Shown here: piece by piece, positions 1 through 15,135 of the stretch
Position numbering within the stretch: the stretch's first letter is position 1
Layout: every line of letters begins with the position of its first letter
Assembly (NCBI GenBank): GCA_051362555.1
Contig: CM120640.1
Coordinates: 7,750,001-7,814,000, forward strand
Length of the DNA: 64,000 bases
Reading direction: 5' to 3'
Source of the DNA: Lingula anatina
Taxonomy: Eukaryota > Animalia > Brachiopoda
The notes under the pieces: model-generated
The model's input: the letters and a program-made list of their open reading frames with translations, nothing else
Database searches by the model: none
Told to the model about the DNA's origin: nothing
Program-made: the position numbers and the translations under genes

Positions 1-340
1 TATTTAAAAGTCTGTCCTTAACCTATTCTCTTTGACGACATTTCCTGCTACTAGCTAATCAATCCAGTAGCCCCGCGGCAGCACCTCTTAGAGTTAGGGT
101 CAGTTTAATATGCAGATGAGAAGCTGAAAATCTGACATCTAATAGCCTTCTCACAACCTACACTTTTCAATGTTCTTTTAAACTATAAAATATATATTTT
201 TTAATTGGACTAAAGAATCTCTCTAAATAAATAACTCATTTTCAATTGCTACATCGGTGAATATTTTTGTCCAAGACGCAACCATAATACTGTAATATTT
301 TTGAAACAAGAATGAACCATTCAATCATTATTCTAATAGG

Positions 341-470
341 TTTTTCGCGTTGATGATACAATGCACCAATTACGTTTTAAGGATCATAATTAAAATCCAT
401 TAATGATATTTGTAACAATTTTGACCAATTTTAACTTCACCTCTTGCATGAGCCTATTCCCGCCATTTTG
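341..470 (+). promoter_or_regulatory. Putative SSRP1 proximal promoter (E2F-like, CCAAT and YY1-like motifs)
   Basis: TTTTCGCG at about 341-348, CCAAT at 366 and 425, and overlapping TTCCCGCC / CGCCATTTT at 457-470, all 60-200 bp upstream of the SSRP1 ATG. Motif match only. Confidence 0.4.
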
Positions 471-533
471 AGAGGCGAATGTTTTTCACGAAGCAGTAAC
501 ATAGAAGTACGGTATATAGTCGAATATCTGGAA

Positions 534-3500
534 ATGAGTGATGTTCTGGAATATCCCGATGCTCTTCAGGAGGTTCGGGGGGCTATGGTAAGTTAAGTTG
601 TTTACAAGGTGGTTTTTATATTCGTAATTTACGAGAAGGCCGGCAAGGATCATTTCGAGTCGCATGCTGCACTACTACTAGTAATACTAGTAACTGCATG
701 CACATTGTTCGTGTAACGTTACATGTTCACGTTTGCCCCGACCAACATTTTAGTAAAACATTGGTTTGTAGTGTTTGAATTAAAAATTAAGAAGCGATCT
801 TTTTTTACGACACATCATGTATTTGGATGAATGTTGTAGCTACTCAAATCAGTTTCAGTTCATGTACTTTAATTTGGTTTAAGAATGCATGACGACTTTT
901 GATGTAACTCAATGCTTCAGCCAGGACCAGGGAATTCACTGATTTTAGGAGTCCATATGTTAACCCTGACTCATACTTGGTACAATGCTGGAAATACAGT
1001 CTTGTAAACACCACCTCAGTTCATTGACATTTAATTTATTTTATGTTCCATATGATAACTCTTTCCAGAACCCTGGACGCTTAAAACTACAGAGCAACTT
1101 GGTCATTTTCAAGAATATCAAAACTGGTCGTGTAGAGCAGTTTCCGTCCAGTGAAGTAGTCAAGGCCCAGTGGTTGTGCAGAGCCAGAGGTTACTGCCTG
1201 AAACTCAGACTTGAAAATGGATCCATACATAGATTTGATGGCTTCAAAGAGTCGGTATGCACGATTAAAGTGATTTTGAAAAAGGGGGTGGTACACTTGC
1301 CGTTCGACTAGCCAAGCAGTGCAGTGTTAAATACTTTAAGAGTCACTCCCCTAATATAGACCTTTTTTTCATTTTCATTCGTTAGTATCTTTCTGTGCCA
1401 AACTTGGAAAAGTAGCTGAAAATTTTTGCTTTTACTCATAAAACATTTTTTGTATTGTATTGTATTGTTGGTTTGACTCTGTGAGTGCCTAGTTATGTAA
1501 TGTTGATAAGAATTGTGCTGTCTTTACATCAGTTGGATTGAAATAATATAAATGAATCCGTTTATTTTATGTAGAAAGTGTTATCCATATCATTATCGGA
1601 TATTGCACACAATTTTTTTCATTTCATATTCAGGACTTTGAAAAGCTAGCACCATTCCTAAGTAAATATTATCAGAAAGATCTGGAAAAAGTAGACCTGT
1701 CAGTGAGAGGCTGGAATTATGGTGTTGCAGACTTCGTAGGTAGGTTTTGAGTGCTGGTATTGCAGTGGCTTCAGTCTGTTCTTTTGCTGCATGTTTGCCA
1801 TGTTTTTGTCAGCATGCATTTTCAAAACAAATTATTCCTCCAGTCTGTCTTTTATCAATGCTGCGGAGGCTGTTATCTCATAGAGTCAAAACTCTATGTA
1901 GTAAGATATACATCAAGGTGATTTATTTTTTGCTTTATTTCTTTTTAGGGAACTCCTTACATTTTAGCGTTCATGACAAATTGGCATTTGAGATTCCCTT
2001 ATCAAATGTATCCCATGCAACAACATCAAAGAATGAGGTGACATTGGAGTTCCATCAGAATGATGATGCACCTGTGTCGCTAATGGAAGTCCGATTTCAC
2101 ATTCCTTCGAGTTCTGACAACCCAGACAAGGACCCTGTGACTGTAAGTGTTGTTTTCCGTATTTGTTTTTAAAAGATAATTACCTAAGTGCAGGTTGTGT
2201 ATTAGAGAGATACTAGTTGTGCACTTTTTGAGTGTTAACAACTCCCCAAAGGCTATCCTGTTAGACAGTATATAATGACTACTCTGCTGACAGCTTGATA
2301 ACAGGAACTGTTCAAGCAGTTCTTGTTTCAAAGTTTTTAGCCACTTGACTCTCTTAGTTTCATTTTTTAACTTTTAATATTACTGATAATAGTATGAAAT
2401 TCCATATTTTTTGCAAATGTTTTTACCAAAAGTGACTGTTTTCATTATGATTTCGTTTTTTTAGGAATTCCATCAGAATGTCCTAGAAAAGGCAGATATT
2501 ATCCAGGCAACTGGAACTGCTATTGCTACAGTAGAAGAGATTCAATGTCTTACACCAAGGTAATGTTGGGATCATCTCTTGTTTTACTGTTGTTTGAAAG
2601 TGTATGTAAAATATTAGATTTATAATATAAAGCAAAATGAATTTTTATTATTTGCTTTTACGTCTACTCTTCAAAGTGTTGTACAAATGTTTTCATTGTG
2701 TTTCTCTTGCAGGGGTCGTTATGATATCAAGATTTATCCTACGTTTCTACAACTCCATGGTAAAACATTTGATTACAAGATTCCATATAATACAGTACTG
2801 CGACTGTTTTTGTTACCACACAAAGATGGACGACAAATGTTTTTTGCGGTAAGGTTTGTTTAGTTAGTTTTGATAGGATATGAATATAACAAAAATTACA
2901 TGTTCAAAAGAAGTTGAGATTCAAAAATATTCAGCAGTGGAAACTATTGAATATTTTGGTTTAATGTATGTGTGATAGATAATTATATTAGAACATATTA
3001 TAATTATATGCTTATAAGTATTTCTTTAATTTTCAATTTGACAGGTGAGTTTGGATCCACCAATCCGACAAGGTCAGACTAGATATCCCTTCCTAATTTT
3101 ACTTTTCAACAAAGACGAGGAGACATCTTTAGAGCTTGGATTATCAGAGTGAGTTTATATTATCTTATCAGTGAATTTGTTTTATGACCTTTGAATTTAA
3201 TTTCTGTATAATGATTGATTCACGCGGGTTGACCTGGTTGAGATACATCTGGAACCTCTTCCTTAATTTTTCAAGTAACACATATTTATGAATTTATATA
3301 ATATAATCAAATAGATATAAACAGACATAATCAGTTTATACATTATTACATTTGACTTAATTAGGGAAGACATTCAGGAGAAGTATGAAGGGAAACTGAC
3401 AAAAGAGATGTCTGGACCAATGTATGAGATAGTAAGCCGCATTATGAAGGCTTGTGTGAATAGGAAGATTACAGTGCCTGGCAGCTTTATTGGGTAAGTT

Positions 3501-6500
3501 TCTTTGGAATATGTAGCAATTAAATATATCACACAAAGTAAGATCTCATCAGATAATATGACTGGTTTACTGAATTCAAGTAAATTTTCGAGTGCAAACA
3601 GTCTTTCAGTTAGCTGTAACTCCCATTTTAAATGTTTTTAATGCAAAAGTGGACAAATTATGCTGCCAACAAGAGATCCTGATCTTTTATAGGGATAAGA
3701 AATGGACATCATATACATTGTGTATTAAACATCACATTCCTTTTCCTCAGGCACTCTGGAACCCATGCTGTAGGCTGTTCCTATAAGGCTGCTACTGGGT
3801 TTCTCTACCCTCTGGAGAGAGGTTTTATGTTTGTCCACAAGCCTCCCATACATGTCAGGTTTGATGAAGTGGCCAATGTGAACTTTGCTAGGAGTGCTGC
3901 AAACACGAGGTCCTTTGATTTTGAGGTGGAGACTAAGTCGGGAACGATCCACACATTTGTTAATATTGAAAAGTAAGTTTTGCTGAAATGTGGTAACATT
4001 TTTTTAACTGTATTAAAATATTATAAATATACTGAAATGAAAAATAAATGCATAATGATAGCAAAATAAGAAGATGGTCATAGGAAGATGGTTCAGCAGG
4101 CTCTGTTCTTTTTAGGAGACAACAGTTACCTTTATACATAGTTTATACATAAATTGTTGTCAAGGATTTTGAGCATGAATTTAAATGATTAAAATATTAA
4201 CAAATTAATAGCAAAAAAATGTTGGATTTTGAACAAAAAATCTTTTTATGAAGACTACTAACACTGAATCTGACATGTTTAATTACTTCTTGTAGAGATG
4301 AGTATGGAAAGCTTTATGACTTTGTCACTTCCAAAGGGCTGGGTGTGAAGAACATAGGAAGCAAGAAGATGGTACGTGGTTTGTTTGTTATGTTCCTGAA
4401 TTTGATGTCAATACAATAAAATTTAAAATGTAAGGATGCTTTTCAATGTGAGACTTGGATAGTACCCTGTACTTACATATTCTATATTTACCTATGTACT
4501 TACATTCTATAAAAGCAAACATTAAACCAATGCCAGCTCCACTATATTCCTATATTGTTGAAAAAGGTAGCAGGTGGTCTCGTATGTACTATACTTGTGG
4601 TATTTTGTTTATCTGACATCTAGAAAAAATTAGTTATAAATTGACAAGAAGAATAAGTTATAGTGATTCCATTATTCTGGAGTTTCTCTGATCTCAAACC
4701 CTGTCATAGGGCATTTTGCTCTTGCCTAGTCGCAATCACATAGGCTATGAGTAATAAAACTGGGAATACATGGTGTGTGTGCTTTACTTTTTCAGACTGA
4801 TGACAAGTATGATGAATTGCTGGACAGTGAGGATGAAGATGAACATGATGTCTACTTGGAGAGAATGAAACAAGAAGGAAAAGAAAGGGCAGAAGATGAT
4901 GACCAGGATGATGATGAAGATGAGGATGGTACGTCAAGTCATTTACTTCTGTCTTTACACAAATGCAAAGACGGGTATTAATGAATATCCAGATTTGGCA
5001 TTGTCAAGTTAGACTTTGAGCACTTTTAATATTTCAGTTTTGATAAATTTCTATTTACAGATGATGATTACGTTGCCCCTGAAAGTGGAAGTGAAGTGGC
5101 AGAAGAGTAAGTATATATGTTATTGTGTGTTTTAATACTCTTTTTTTTTTAATGTTTACTTTATTTAAGATAAGTATTTATTTTACTAATCGATATTTAA
5201 AGATCAGAGTATACAGTTGCTTAGCAAAAATCTAAAAAGAGAATTAGCATGAGGTGTGAGGTCCTCTCGTCTGTTTTGTTGTGATCTTGTCTTTTATGAT
5301 ACCATTCGCTTGGGGCAATCTCTCCCAATTGTTCAGTTTTATTATATTTTCCTCATGTATGAAAATGACTTACATCACCGTTTATATAGTTTACACATAG
5401 TGCATTTTTTGTAACAAATCACTGGAGAGAAGCATTTGTGAAAAAAAAACCTTTATATTTTCAGATTTGACACAGATTTCACATCTTCATCAAGTGGAGA
5501 TGAAGAGGGTGATGGAGATGATGACAAGAAGAAAGAGAAAAAAGAAAAGAAAAAGAAAGAGAAAAAAGAAATGAAAACTAAAACAGTGGTGAGTCTCTAA
5601 GTCTAGATAAATTTTTAACAAGACTTTTGTTTTCTGTTTTAAAGATAAGTGATTTTAAAAATTAAAAAATTGGAAAATTCCATCAACTTGAATATCCTGT
5701 TGTGAACAATAATAAATATGAATGTCATTGTTTTATGTTAGCGCGAGGGACCAAGAAAGAAGAGGAAAAAGGAGAAAAAAGATCCCAATGCTCCCAAACG
5801 TCCACAATCTGCATATTTTCTGTGGCTCAATGAGCATAGAGAGCAGATCAAGAGAGAAAACCCTGGGATATCCATTACCGAAGTATCAAAGAAAGCTGGA
5901 GAAATGTGGAAGGAAGTCACAGACAAAACGGTAAGCTGGGGGGGAAAAGGAAATGGAAGTTATAAACGAAAGGGAATGGTGAATGGAATAGCATATTGTT
6001 CATTTGTGTTAGACAAAGTGTCTGTCTTTTAAAATGTGATGTAGTATAACGTAATGTGCATCATGTTCTTGTTCTTTTTTCTCATATCATTTTATATAAT
6101 AAACCAGATTTTCATTTATTTTGTTTTTATTTGTATCTGTCTCATTAATTATTATTTTCAGTTTTTTTTTTTTTTTTTTTTTTCTATTTAAGCATCATTA
6201 TAAACAAAGTGTTTGGTATTTCAGGAGTGGGAACAGAAAGCTGCTGCCGCTAAAGCTGAATATGAGAAGGCAATGGAAGCATACAAAGCAGCCAAAGCAG
6301 ATGCAGATGAGGAAGACGAAGACTCTGAAAGGTGTGTTGTAATGTTACAGCCATGTCCCTACTAAAAAAACATTGTTTGAATAAAAAGAAGCATGTACCA
6401 AAGCTTAATTAACGAGTGTAACTGAGGTTGCAAATATTGAATTTGAAAGCACATCAATTAGCTTAAGTTTGATCATCAATAACCTGTTTGATTACAGTCC

Positions 6501-7126
6501 AAAGGCCAAGAAGTCCAAGAGCCCAAAGAAAAGTTCAAGCAGCACAAAGAGCCCCAAGAAGGAGAGCAAGGCTGGGGCTGGGGGAGAGTACAAAAGTAAG
6601 GAGTTCATCTCCAGCTCTGAGGACTCAAGCACAGACAGTGATGATAAACCACTTAAAAAGAAAACCAAGACAGAAAAAGAGAAGAAGCCCAAGAAAGAGA
6701 AGGAAAAGAAAGAAAAGAAACAGAAGAAAAAGGAAGAATCTGAATCGGAAAATGAAGAGGTGTGATGCTTTAAAAAAAATCAAGTCCTTATGTTTATGTT
6801 GAAGAGATTTAGGCATATTTCACTTCGTAGGATTTCTAAACGTGTTTGGTAGATACAGGTATTTATGAAATAGTGGTACTAAGTAGGCCTTCCTGAACAG
6901 CATTGCAATTATTCTTCATTTTATATTGCTCCTAGACTGGTTAATGAATTTGAATTCTGCTTTTAAGACAATCCGTGTTCTGCCCGGTTGGTTAATTTGC
7001 TAATTTATATCTACAATTCTCCATTTCCAGCTTCCTGACGATGAGGAAATTCTCAGCACACCTCCTTCTTCTGGTGCAGGATCTGGGTCAGGTTCTGGAT
7101 CTGATGACGATGAAGACGATGACTGA
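534..7126 (+). CDS. SSRP1: FACT complex subunit SSRP1, 17 coding exons
   Basis: Exons approx. 534-587, 1069-1254, 1634-1739, 1949-2142, 2465-2559, 2713-2848, 3045-3148, 3365-3493, 3751-3972, 4296-4371, 4796-4928, 5061-5107, 5465-5588, 5742-5930, 6225-6331, 6498-6759, 7031-7126 with GT-AG ends. Translation [25 protein letters not shown]...[37 protein letters not shown]...[12 protein letters not shown]...[15 protein letters not shown], acidic region, HMG box [17 protein letters not shown], Lys/Ser-rich tail [11 protein letters not shown]. Confidence 0.97.
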
Positions 7127-9389
7127 GTAAATTTTAGCATGCATCTACTTAGATATGTAAAATCTTCTGACCATTTGGAGATTTCCTGCATCACCAAACA
7201 TTGTGTGATAGACAAAAAGAAAAAGTTAACACAGTTTTTGTGGCACAGTGTCATTATTGTTCTCACAAAGGGAAACTAAAAAGATTTGAGTGAACCAGTG
7301 AAAGTGAAATGATATATCACACTGAACAAAGCCTGAATGGTTTCAGTTCCCTGGTATAAGATGGAGTGACTTTTGCCGTTGGGAGCATGTTGAAGAACTG
7401 TAGTAGGAACATTTTCTTCAGTGCTATTATAAACAAAATCTGTCATTGTCTACGTACATTGACTTTTTGTAATCATTTTTGGACCATCAGTTGAGTATAG
7501 ATCTGGAAGCTTATTAAATGTTACACAAATAAGGACACATTTTGTTTGTCTACCCCAATTTCCAGTTGCTTTTATTTACACAATCAGAAAACTTCATCTT
7601 GGCTTGACACTAATTATTGGCTAGAGTATTATGGACTATGTGGGGCATTTGCCACTGTCGCAAACATTAAAAATGCACCCATTTTCTTAGCACTTTTAAA
7701 TCTCTAGTACTTGCTACCAAACAGGTTTTAAAGATCACTTCTTTCCACAGTATTTGAGCATTCCAAATACCTTTTAAAGGATGAAGCTTTCTTAAGTAAG
7801 TTAAAAGAACAAATCTCACGTATTGAAATTATTTGCCATCATTTTAGATTTCTGCAGTTAAAAAAATTTTTTTTTTTTTCAATTTTCTTGTTAGTTTGTA
7901 TGAATTTGAATGGTTCAACAGCTTCATTAGGTTATACCTGAGAAGTTGTGGATAAACATCTGTGGGTTAATAGTATTGGATTTTATGAGGAATGGACACG
8001 ATTCAAAGCCACTATATCATCCGATTTCTTTAAGTGCTGTGGTGGAACTAATGATTAATAGGGGAACTTCTGCAAAATTTTAAAACCCTGCAGCCTTCCT
8101 TAACTAGAACTTTTTTGTTGCAACCATGTTATGACCCCACTCTATTGTGGCTGAAACAGTGGTATATTATGGTAACTACTTAAATTAACATCAGACAATC
8201 AACAACAAAAAAATCATAAAAGTTAATGGTTTTGAAATGTTTAATTTTCCAATTATTTAAAACAAGATTGAATCACATGCAAAAAATTAAAATGCAGAAA
8301 TTATACATTTCAAAAATCTCTTAATGTGAACCTTATAATTAAAACATTGCACAGTTAAAATACCTGAATTATTGCTGTGGTGGGATAAAAGACTGAATGA
8401 TAAAATTAATGATTTAAAAGCAACCCTAAATGCCTTAAAAACAAAAGATATAACCAATTAACAAATCACAGTGTCATGGGAATTATTCAATTTGCACTAC
8501 TCTCAGATGATGAAAAAAGTCGTTTAAAAATCACAATCTATAATAATTGATGGGTAAAAGACATAAAGATATTGAGATTGTCTAACAGTGTTTAACAGGA
8601 CTGCCTCTATATAGCATTCATAACTTAAGCTGAGAAGAAACCAAAGTCCACACTGAAACTTTGGGTTGGCACGCACTTATCATGACTTGCACGTTACTTT
8701 AAGAAATATACTAAGCTCATAAAATTGTGCATTCAAACAAGCACTCCTACACCAGACTACCACTATAATTCAATATATTAAATGAGCAGAGCAAAACTAT
8801 GTGCTCCAAATTAAAAGGAATTTTTTTCCTGGGTGAAAAAACATATTAACCAGTTTTCAGAATTCTCCAAGCAAGAGATGAGATGGGTCAGGTTTGTAAT
8901 GGATTGTTGGACAAGAATTCGGCCCATTTATTCAAAGAAGGTCATGTTCTGTTGTTTTATGGAGATTTTCATAATATATTTTACGTTGTCACCTTTCTGA
9001 AAAAAAAAAAAAAAAAGAAAATGAATGAAACTTCCACCTTTAAATAATTCTTTAGAAAACATCAAGATGGGAGAAAAAATACATCTGTTGAGAAAGTTGG
9101 TATTTTCAAAGAAATCTACTAACAGTACTGCAATCGTGATTAAAAACCTGGCAACTGGACAGAAGAACTTACATATACTAGTATACAGATATTAAAAATA
9201 GTAAAAATTGCAGAATCAAAAAAGACTAGGCAAAAAAAAGATAACAAAAATAGAAAAATGAATTTTCTTGAATATGTTCACAATTTTCATCTGATTACTG
9301 GAAAATGGATGTACACATGGTGTAACTTAAATTCAGTGCAAGAAGTTTAATTCAAAGCTTGGTTTCATTTACATTTTATCTTATTTTAC

Positions 9390-12300
9390 TCACCTATCAT
9401 CCCAAAAAGGGCATAACCTACTATCTTTCAGATCAGACACAATTTTTGCTTTAACTGTTAATTCTTCATTAAAATGACCATCTCTAGTTTCCAACCATTC
9501 TGGAGCATTTGGAGCATGGGCCTGTAATATTGTGTACATTATAAACTTTATAATCCCAACTGAGAAAATGTTTATAGTTTTCTTTTTATTTATTTATTTT
9601 AGTGTCTCTTAAAACCTTCAATGCATAGTTCAATTACATTTTGCTTTCTGAAACTGAAAACATGTTTACTTAAAATATTTAAAGCATATTTTGCACTTCT
9701 TCGCAGGCTCTGCTGCGTCTCTGTAAAGCTAAGATAAATAAACATCTCTTTCTGAAAAAAGGAAAAGCAAATGGAAAATTTGTTGACTTAAAATAAATTG
9801 TTCATTACAACAACCAAAAATTGAAAAAAAAAGTATAAAAATTTTAATATTCATGTGACCAGGTCATCATGTCATCAATGGAAACTTCCACCATGTACTC
9901 TAGGTCCCTGTGCCAAATCTAAATGGGAAAATGGAAACTACCCGCTAGCTGTGGTTTCGCCATCATGCGTGCCTGAAGGAATCGAAATAGGATTGGGTCA
10001 AAACATCTGACAGGAATTCCCTTAAACCTTGTTGTTTTATGAAAAGCATAGCGTATTTCAGGTATTTGAATCCCAAAACTGAATGATTTGTTTAGTTCAC
10101 GTGTATGGGAGATCATACTTTGTACTGGAGTTAAAAACAGAAATGATGGTAATGCACAGTAACACATTAAAATTTGCGACGAAGAACAATTTTTGTATTT
10201 CTCTAGTGTGTCTGACTTAGTGATCCCTGAGATGACCAAAAAACATGACAATACTATTCGAAGCGCTTTCTTTTCTATAATGTAAAGCCGCAAAACAGAC
10301 TGGTATGTCTGTGTCCCAGATTTAAGTGCTGTTTGAGTGTCATTTTCAGCTAAGAATTTAAAAAATTGTTTGTTATAATAACACAAATCCATCCCCTTTC
10401 ACTTGAAAGCACCCCCACTGTAATCCAACAAAGGAATATTTTGACAGACTTTCAAAGATGAGAACCCACTGTTGTTACCCAGTTTTAAGCATCTGTGAAA
10501 AGACTTACCTTAATAAAAGCTATAATGATATCTTGATTGATATAGCTCATCAGCAGCTTGCAGCCATATGTAACTATAGCAAAGGGCTAAAAACATATCA
10601 GCAATTCTAAATTATGTATAAAAAAAACTGCAATTATACATAAAAGACAACAATAGCAATGAAACAGCAATGAAATATGTTTACCACTAGAATATTTTTT
10701 AACCCAGAAGATACATGTTGCTACTACTCTTGTGTATTTCAAAAATTGATAACAGAACTGGACTGGCATAATTAAGTGACACAGACAGATGCAGGTGATG
10801 GATAAAAACAACATATGAGCATACATGAAAAATGTGATTTTTCACTAAATATTTCAAAGTTTCCTATATGATATTACCCTTTCCTCTGGAAGGAATCTGT
10901 ATGGTGTGATGATGTGTTTTCTCAGGCACGAGCGTGCAATGCTTTTGAATAGATCAATAACACCAGGTTCTGCACATGGGTGGTACAAAAACACTGCTGC
11001 CCCATGCTGAATGAAATGTAAAAAAGGTATTAATAGGTATTGAGTAAATCCCTTACCCGTAATTAGTAAGTCCATTTTCAGATATGCAAGAAAAATAATA
11101 ATAATAAAAATAACACATTAATTAATATAAATTAATAAAATAATAAGTAAATAAATCAAATTAAATTAAATAAATAAAAACTGCTAAAAAAATGCCTAAG
11201 GAGAGTAAAGTGGCTAATTTGTGTCATTACTGAACTAAGCATTACATTTGTAAAGTTTCATGTTGAACTTCACTTACCTCTAGTGAGTGGACCCATCTCT
11301 GTGGTGGGAGGTACCTGTACTCTCCATACACTGGCCACAATGGGCGATGAGGACCACTGAAATTTACATACAATTTAAAAATAAATAAATAATAAATGTT
11401 ATTAACCCCAAGTAAAGTGTGAACATTTGAGGTAAATATTTCAGTCTAAGACAGATATAACAACATTTTGGTACAAATCCCATTTTTTGAAAATGTTGTC
11501 AAAAGTATAATCATCTTCATTCATAATCCCAATTGATATAATATATAAAAGGCTTTTAAATGTAGATTTTTAGTGTTAAACTTAGTTAAAATTTACTATA
11601 GGGGCACAAACTTTTGTTGCACAATACCCACATTTTATCAACTGTAACATATACAGAGAGAATATATGCAAAATCAACTCACTCTGTTGGTGGATGTTCT
11701 TTATAAATTATTTCTTCATTAAGACATTTGTGTAAGGGCTGTAAAAAGGGAAAAAACAATGTTGAACAATACAGTAATAGGTTAAAATAATAATTTAAAA
11801 AGAATTACCAAAGCTTGTCCTGTGGTTGTAAAACATGGTATTTTGTCAATATGGTAAGTTACAAAATGCCCAACAAAAAAGTAAGCAAAAGAAGAAGAGC
11901 TAAACTTAACAAATATGATGATGTCACTTTATATATATACAGGTATATATATACAACATTGGTCAAAAAGGTTGTCCCACCCCCATTTCCATGTACTTTT
12001 ATTTACAAATGATCACCTCACAGCTGTGAATTGTTAGAAATGGTGCTTTTTATTACGGATACCGTGTCTAACATGTTTAATGGTTAAAAAAAAACAAAAT
12101 AGTGGTGAAAATATACACATTTTATACCATGTAGTAAAATTTATAAGAGGCACCCCCTCAAATCGACTGTTTTACTGTGACTTCCACAGATGTAAAGAAA
12201 TGTCTACAAAATTGAAAAGACGGCATCAAATGTCACCAAATTCACACACAATTAGCATTAGGGTGTGCTCGTTAAAGGTCACGTGCCTAACAGCGTGTGC

Positions 12301-13608
12301 GTCTACTGCGTACTGCAATTATCTCCTGTAGACGGCGCGACAAGCCTTCAACATGGGTAATAATTCTGTTATGTGGGATATTGTCCCATTCATCCTAAAG
12401 AGCGTGGCGGAATTGGTGAAGATTATTTAGGAATTGGTTCTTCTCTGCAATGCACATACCAATTTATGCCACAGGTGCTCAGTAGGATTAATATCAGGAC
12501 TCAAAGACGGTTGTCCCATCCTCAGAGCCCTGTCTTTCTGCAACAAATCGTTTGCCAGACGAGAGCTGTGAGTAAGTGCGTTGTCACAATGAAGCCAGTA
12601 GCATCCCTGAAGTCACCTCTTGCAAATGGAGTGAGATTTCTGTTGAGAATGTTACATTAAAATGCCCCTGTTACGTTTTGTTCCAAAAGGAACCATGTAC
12701 TAATACCATGGGCTTGGAATGTTCTCCAAATGCGGATTGAAATAACACGATATTACCCTACACACACCCTTCCAAGAGGCATTTTTTAACATGTCTATGG
12801 ACCCTCTTTGACCATCGATGGGATACAAGAAATAATTTGATTCTGCATCAAAATCGACTTCCTTCCAGTGCTGGATGGCCAGGTTCAGGTGCCTGTGGGA
12901 TCACTGAAAGTAGCATCTCAGCTGATATCTCATTCCATCTTCAAGAACTGACTTTGGGGTTAACTCCAGGCTTTATCATGACTGCACACTTGCTCACACC
13001 TCTCGCCTGGCAAGTGTTTGTTGATGAAACACAATGGTCTAAGGATGGAACCACCATCTTTGAGCCCTGATATTAAACTTACTAATCAACTGTGACATGA
13101 ATTGGAGTGTGCAATGCAAAGGGGAACCAACCCTATAAAAACGTGGACCAACTCCCCCAACTTGTTTAAGAAGAATGGGACAATATCACACAAAACAGAA
13201 TTGTAGCCCGTGTTGAAGGCTTGTCGCGCCGTCTACAGGAGATAATTGCAGTGCGCGGTAGACGCACACGCTGTTAGGCACGTGATTTTTAACGAGCACA
13301 CCCTAATGCTAAATGTGTGTGAAATTGGTAACATTTAATGGCGTCTTTTCAATTTTATAGACATTTCTTTACATCTGTAGAAGTCACAGTGAAACAGTCG
13401 ATTTGAGGGGGTACCTCTTATAAATTTTATTAAATGGTATAAAATATATATATTTTCATCACTATTTTGTATTTTTTAAACCATTAATCATGTTAGACAC
13501 GGTATCCGTAATAAAAAGCATTATTTCTAACAATTTACAGCTGTAAGGTGATCATTTGTAAATAAAAGCACATGGAAATGAGGGTGGGACAACCTTTTTG
13601 ACCAATGT

Positions 13609-13676
<68 letters not shown>

Positions 13677-14472
13677 AGCATCGAAACATCTGTGTATGCT
13701 CAAAAACATGCTGCTTGAACTAAACAAAATTTTGAAATTGACAAAGCCTGCCTGGGTTTACCATCTAGTTGATTTCATTTGCTTTCTGGTGTTGCTTTGA
13801 GAAAATATATTAGAAATGTTCTGCTGATTGTATGTGTTAAAGGGCAACTCCATTTGGACTTTGCTTAGAATAACATTTATTTTGGCTTCATAATGAGGGG
13901 ATTCCTATGTGCCAGAAAATGATATTGTAAAATGCATTAAAAATTTTAGGAAGGTAAATTTCAGGTAATGCTCTGAGGATTTTCCTATGCGTAGGTGAAA
14001 TTAGCTGGTATAAAATTTTGAACTTCTACTTCCGTGTTCTGACTGACAGTTTTAATTATTTCAAAAGCACGGCAATGGTACCAAACAATTACGGTACAAT
14101 TTGTAATCTCGTAAAAATTTGAATATTTTAAATATGATATAAAAAACTTCTTATACTTATACTTGCCCTATTTATTAGCTAAATTAACAATTTGTAGAAT
14201 TTAGAGACCAAAAAATGCCAGGAATTGTCTAGTTGACCTGGTTCTCAGATCAATGTTTTGTCCCTGTGCCTATATCAGGGGTTTCCCCAGGATTTCAGGG
14301 AAAGGGAGTCCAAAATGTGAATCTGTAATTTGGTCATCGATGCACTGGGAGTCCTGCCCAACCAACCAACCCCAAATATTTGTCAGCTGTCCAGCCATCT
14401 TTTGAAATATAGGCCATCTTTTAAGGCCAATGGCCGTCCAAATGACAGCTGGACGAATCTCGGGGAAAGACT

Positions 14473-14520
<48 letters not shown>

Positions 14521-14734
14521 GACTAAGGAAGTGCCTCAAAAAATACACCTATATTTCACTGTATACTACCTTGTCTAACTTTTTTTTGCAAAATTCAACA
14601 GGAAGCACCTGAAAATGAAATAAATAAGTAAAACATCAAACTGTCAATTAAGTACTTCAGTCACTAAATCATAAGGTGATATGGCAATTTCAAAACATTC
14701 ACTGAATTTTGTATATTTTTGTACATTCACTCTC

Positions 14735-14777
<43 letters not shown>

Positions 14778-15084
14778 TTGATCCAAAGAAATAAAAATGC
14801 ACTACCTCTTTAAAAACAAGGAAAGGCTCTTGTAAAGAACAATGATATTCCACACTTGATCCATCCCAGTCTATTTTTATGCCATGCTGAAATAAACAAG
14901 CAGATGTCATGTTCTCAGAATATTTGTATAGAAAAAAAAATTACTCACCAAGCACATGCATGCATTGAGACTTCATTTAGCAGTCTTCATTTAGCAGTCT
15001 TCCACTTAGTTATACCAGGGAATTATATGAGACAGATATTGAACCACATTTTTATTATTATAAAATTGCCTTGCAAAATCATAA

Positions 15085-15135
<51 letters not shown>

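Noticed and set aside
9919-10392. 157-aa ORF on the - strand inside the DUF3105 gene intron
   Set aside because: No recognisable domain, and the flanking exons join in frame without it.
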